DNA from: an uncultured virus (IMG/VR IMGVR_UViG_3300003322_001263)
Taxonomy: Duplodnaviria; Heunggongvirae; Uroviricota; Caudoviricetes
IMG/VR virus record: IMGVR_UViG_3300003322_001263
Length of the DNA stretch: 20,000 nucleotides
Direction: 5' to 3' (one strand)
Positions 18,199 through 20,000 of the stretch are shown here, piece by piece. Below the pieces are notes generated by a model. It was given only the letters and a program-made list of their open reading frames with translations. It was not told where the DNA came from and made no database searches. Both the position numbers and the translations under genes were made by a program. Each line of letters begins with the position of its first letter. Position 1 is the first letter of the stretch.

Positions 18199-18656
18199 AA
18201 AAAATATAAAAGATCACCGTCCTTTTTCCATTCAGCAATCTTCTTCTTGTTATATTCAAAATCGTAGCCATATGGGCTTTCGGTTTCGTCAAAGAAAATA
18301 ACGCTGGCTAGTTTATATATGTGATCTGGGAATGGGGCTAAGTTAAGTCTTTCCTTTAGATTATTATTAATTTGGGCCAGATCGGTCAATTTTATTTTAC
18401 CGGACCCGGCGTTTAAAATCTTTTCCGTAGCTGCTATATGCATGCGTAGATATTCTTCATTGCAGCGCATTTTAAGTTCTGCAAATATTGCCATACTTGC
18501 AATGGCACGTCCTGTGGGCATCTTAAAATTATCCTGAAACTGGTAATATTTTTTACCATTATGCTTAAACGCTTCAGTCGCTATTTCCGTACCAAAAGCT
18601 TTTGTTTTAGGCTTTCGGGGCGGCAACATGCGCTTCATAATCTCTTTTAATTTCAT
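18060..18656 (-). CDS. Putative tail assembly chaperone (gpG-like, 198 aa)
   Basis: Directly upstream of the TMP gene; internal slippery TAT-TTT-TTT-TTG. Confidence 0.65.
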   Translation of the reverse strand: MKLKEIMKRMLPPRKPKTKAFGTEIATEAFKHNGKKYYQFQDNFKMPTGRAIASMAIFAELKMRCNEEYLRMHIAATEKILNAGSGKIKLTDLAQINNNLKERLNLAPFPDHIYKLASVIFFDETESPYGYDFEYNKKKIAEWKKDGDLLYFFLSVPFKDLIPIGALSKERAQSYLDATIMIDQIHQTKLRDILSKSA

Positions 18657-18921
18657 CTACCTGTTGTTTTAAATTGCTAATAGGGTATCTTGTAAATCCG
18701 GGCTGACCGGGTAATTGTAATAAATAAGTATGCGCGCGCAAATGCATCTTCATCATGCCAGCGGTTGTATCATAATTCATTTTAACAGTATATTGGCCGC
18801 TGCAATTACATGTACCCACTATTTTGAACCCGGCTTCCAATAACAATTGCTTGGCGACTGCATTGCCCTTCATTGATTCAGCTTTTGAGTTAGTATATGT
18901 CGCTGTTATTATCCTCTTCAT
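18607..18921 (-). CDS. Hypothetical protein (104 aa)
   Basis: Operon-packed ORF with a CNC motif. Confidence 0.65.
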   Translation of the reverse strand: MKRIITATYTNSKAESMKGNAVAKQLLLEAGFKIVGTCNCSGQYTVKMNYDTTAGMMKMHLRAHTYLLQLPGQPGFTRYPISNLKQQVDEIKRDYEAHVAAPKA

Positions 18922-18927
18922 GCTGCA

Positions 18928-19200
18928 TCACCTTTTATTGAATATATGGTACACAAGCCCGGCGCGATGATCTATAACTGTTTTGAAAAAGTGTAAATCA
19001 TTTGGCACTCTATCTCCTGTATATAATATCACAAACCAAACAGGTTCGTGTATTACATTTTCATTATCCTCAACGCCATACCATATACGTATATCGCTTT
19101 GAAAAAAATCAACATGATATACCCTGCGTTGCATTGGTAGGTTAATGCTTTGCGGCACGCCAATTAGTTCCTTCTTTAATGTGTACTTATTAATCTGCAT
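18928..19200 (-). CDS. Conserved small phage protein (90 aa, DUF7352-like)
   Basis: INKYTL..Q.INLP..IW..TG..F.TV..LVYHIF pattern; ATG 19200 minimises the overlap with the upstream gene. Confidence 0.65.
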   Translation of the reverse strand: MQINKYTLKKELIGVPQSINLPMQRRVYHVDFFQSDIRIWYGVEDNENVIHEPVWFVILYTGDRVPNDLHFFKTVIDHRAGLVYHIFNKR

Positions 19201-19558
19201 AATATTCTTTTTCTTGTTCATCGTCGTCATTAACTATCTCAACTTCATGCCGCTTGTCTACGAACTGGCTAATGGCTGCATTTATACCCATCGCGCCTAC
19301 GCAAGTAATAAACCAATCAAGCAGGCGTTCGCCTGTGGTTAATGGCGCAAACTTTGTTTTATCGTAAAACATTGTCCAGTATACGATACTACCAACCCAC
19401 ATGCATGCGCATATATAGCATCCGCCGATTGGCTTCCATAACCATTGCGGCATATTGCATTCCATCCAATCGCCTATGCGTTGGAAAATCATGCCTTCCC
19501 AGAATGTGCAACAATACCCAAGTGTAAAAAATGCTATAATTAAAATATGTTCAATCAT
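19190..19558 (-). CDS. DUF1360-like membrane protein (122 aa)
   Basis: Three hydrophobic segments, KPIGGCYICACMW (CxxC..W) motif, acidic tail. Confidence 0.6.
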   Translation of the reverse strand: MIEHILIIAFFTLGYCCTFWEGMIFQRIGDWMECNMPQWLWKPIGGCYICACMWVGSIVYWTMFYDKTKFAPLTTGERLLDWFITCVGAMGINAAISQFVDKRHEVEIVNDDDEQEKEYYAD

Positions 19559-19576
19559 ATTTGTGCTTTATATTTG
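19546..19576 (+). promoter_or_regulatory. Antisense promoter inside the virion operon
   Basis: TATATTTG 19569-19576 with TATG (1 mismatch to TTTG) 19 nt upstream. Confidence 0.55.
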
Positions 19577-19627
19577 CTGGGCGAAGACTCATCCTGTTCA
19601 AAACTGTTTTTTATTTAGTTATTTGGT

Positions 19628-19656
19628 AAACGGTGCATTTTTATGCACCGTTTTTT
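19628..19656 (+). terminator. Intrinsic terminator, TTTT loop, antisense to the operon
   Basis: AAACGGTGCAT-TTTT-ATGCACCG-TTTTTT. Confidence 0.75.
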
Positions 19657-19704
19657 GTATATTGGCACTGCTTAAGATTAGTATTCAAAGAGTATTTTAA
19701 TCGC

Positions 19705-19734
19705 CCCGGCTTGTTTTTACTTGCCGGGTTTTTT
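19705..19734 (+). terminator. Intrinsic terminator, TTTT loop, antisense to the operon
   Basis: CCCGGC-TT-GT-TTTT-AC-TT-GCCGGG-TTTTTT; no U-tract on the - strand. Confidence 0.7.
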
Positions 19735-19975
19735 ATGTTATTACCACAAACCCACTTTGTGGCCCACCATGGTCAATAGTAAGGGTATTGCCGCTGAAGC
19801 GCATGCTAGTTAACGGTAGCACGCTTAATACATATCCTAATGTTGCCGGGTCGTAATACCATACAAAAACCTTAGGCGGGTAAGCATATCTATCACGCAT
19901 GTCTTGCGTGTAGTTGATTATCGTTTGCGTTTGGTTTGCAAACTGTATTTTGATTGGCGTGCAACATACTGGCAT
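19733..19975 (-). CDS. Small putative virion protein (80 aa), paralog of the C-terminal domain of 11378..12127
   Basis: 14/40 ungapped identities plus a shared DxGG..SGF..I ending. Confidence 0.75.
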   Translation of the reverse strand: MPVCCTPIKIQFANQTQTIINYTQDMRDRYAYPPKVFVWYYDPATLGYVLSVLPLTSMRFSGNTLTIDHGGPQSGFVVIT

Positions 19976-20000
19976 AATTAATATCAGCTTTCCGGTAAGT

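Noticed and set aside
6164..19700. Numerous + strand ORFs of 60-126 aa across the virion operon
   Set aside because: Antisense shadows of the portal, tail and TMP genes

Overview
Segment of a tailed dsDNA phage (or prophage) of a Bacteroidota host. Host assignment is inferred from canonical TTTG-N19-21-TAnnTTTG promoters and A-rich, Shine-Dalgarno-less starts; the genetic code is standard. Two convergent arms meet at ~4850-4900. The + strand arm (1-4851) holds small early/accessory genes, including a DUF932-like protein, an HTH protein, a lipoprotein and an ORF broken by an in-frame TGA. The - strand arm (4902-19975) is a virion operon ordered: small/membrane genes, tail assembly chaperone, 1014-aa tape measure, tail proteins (one with Ig-like + FN3 domains), GT-A glycosyltransferase, portal with a Zn-finger insert, MuF/gp7-like head protein. 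Main observations: (1) several promoter-to-terminator non-coding units whose hairpins share a T-TTYT-A loop and often carry U-rich anti-start-codon (..TCAT) segments, some antisense inside the virion operon; (2) a likely programmed -1 frameshift on a T9 run upstream of the tape measure gene; (3) a glycosyltransferase embedded between tail and portal genes; (4) a ~77-aa domain present both standalone and fused; (5) several translationally coupled microproteins missing from the ORF track. Family names come from motif recognition, not database searches.
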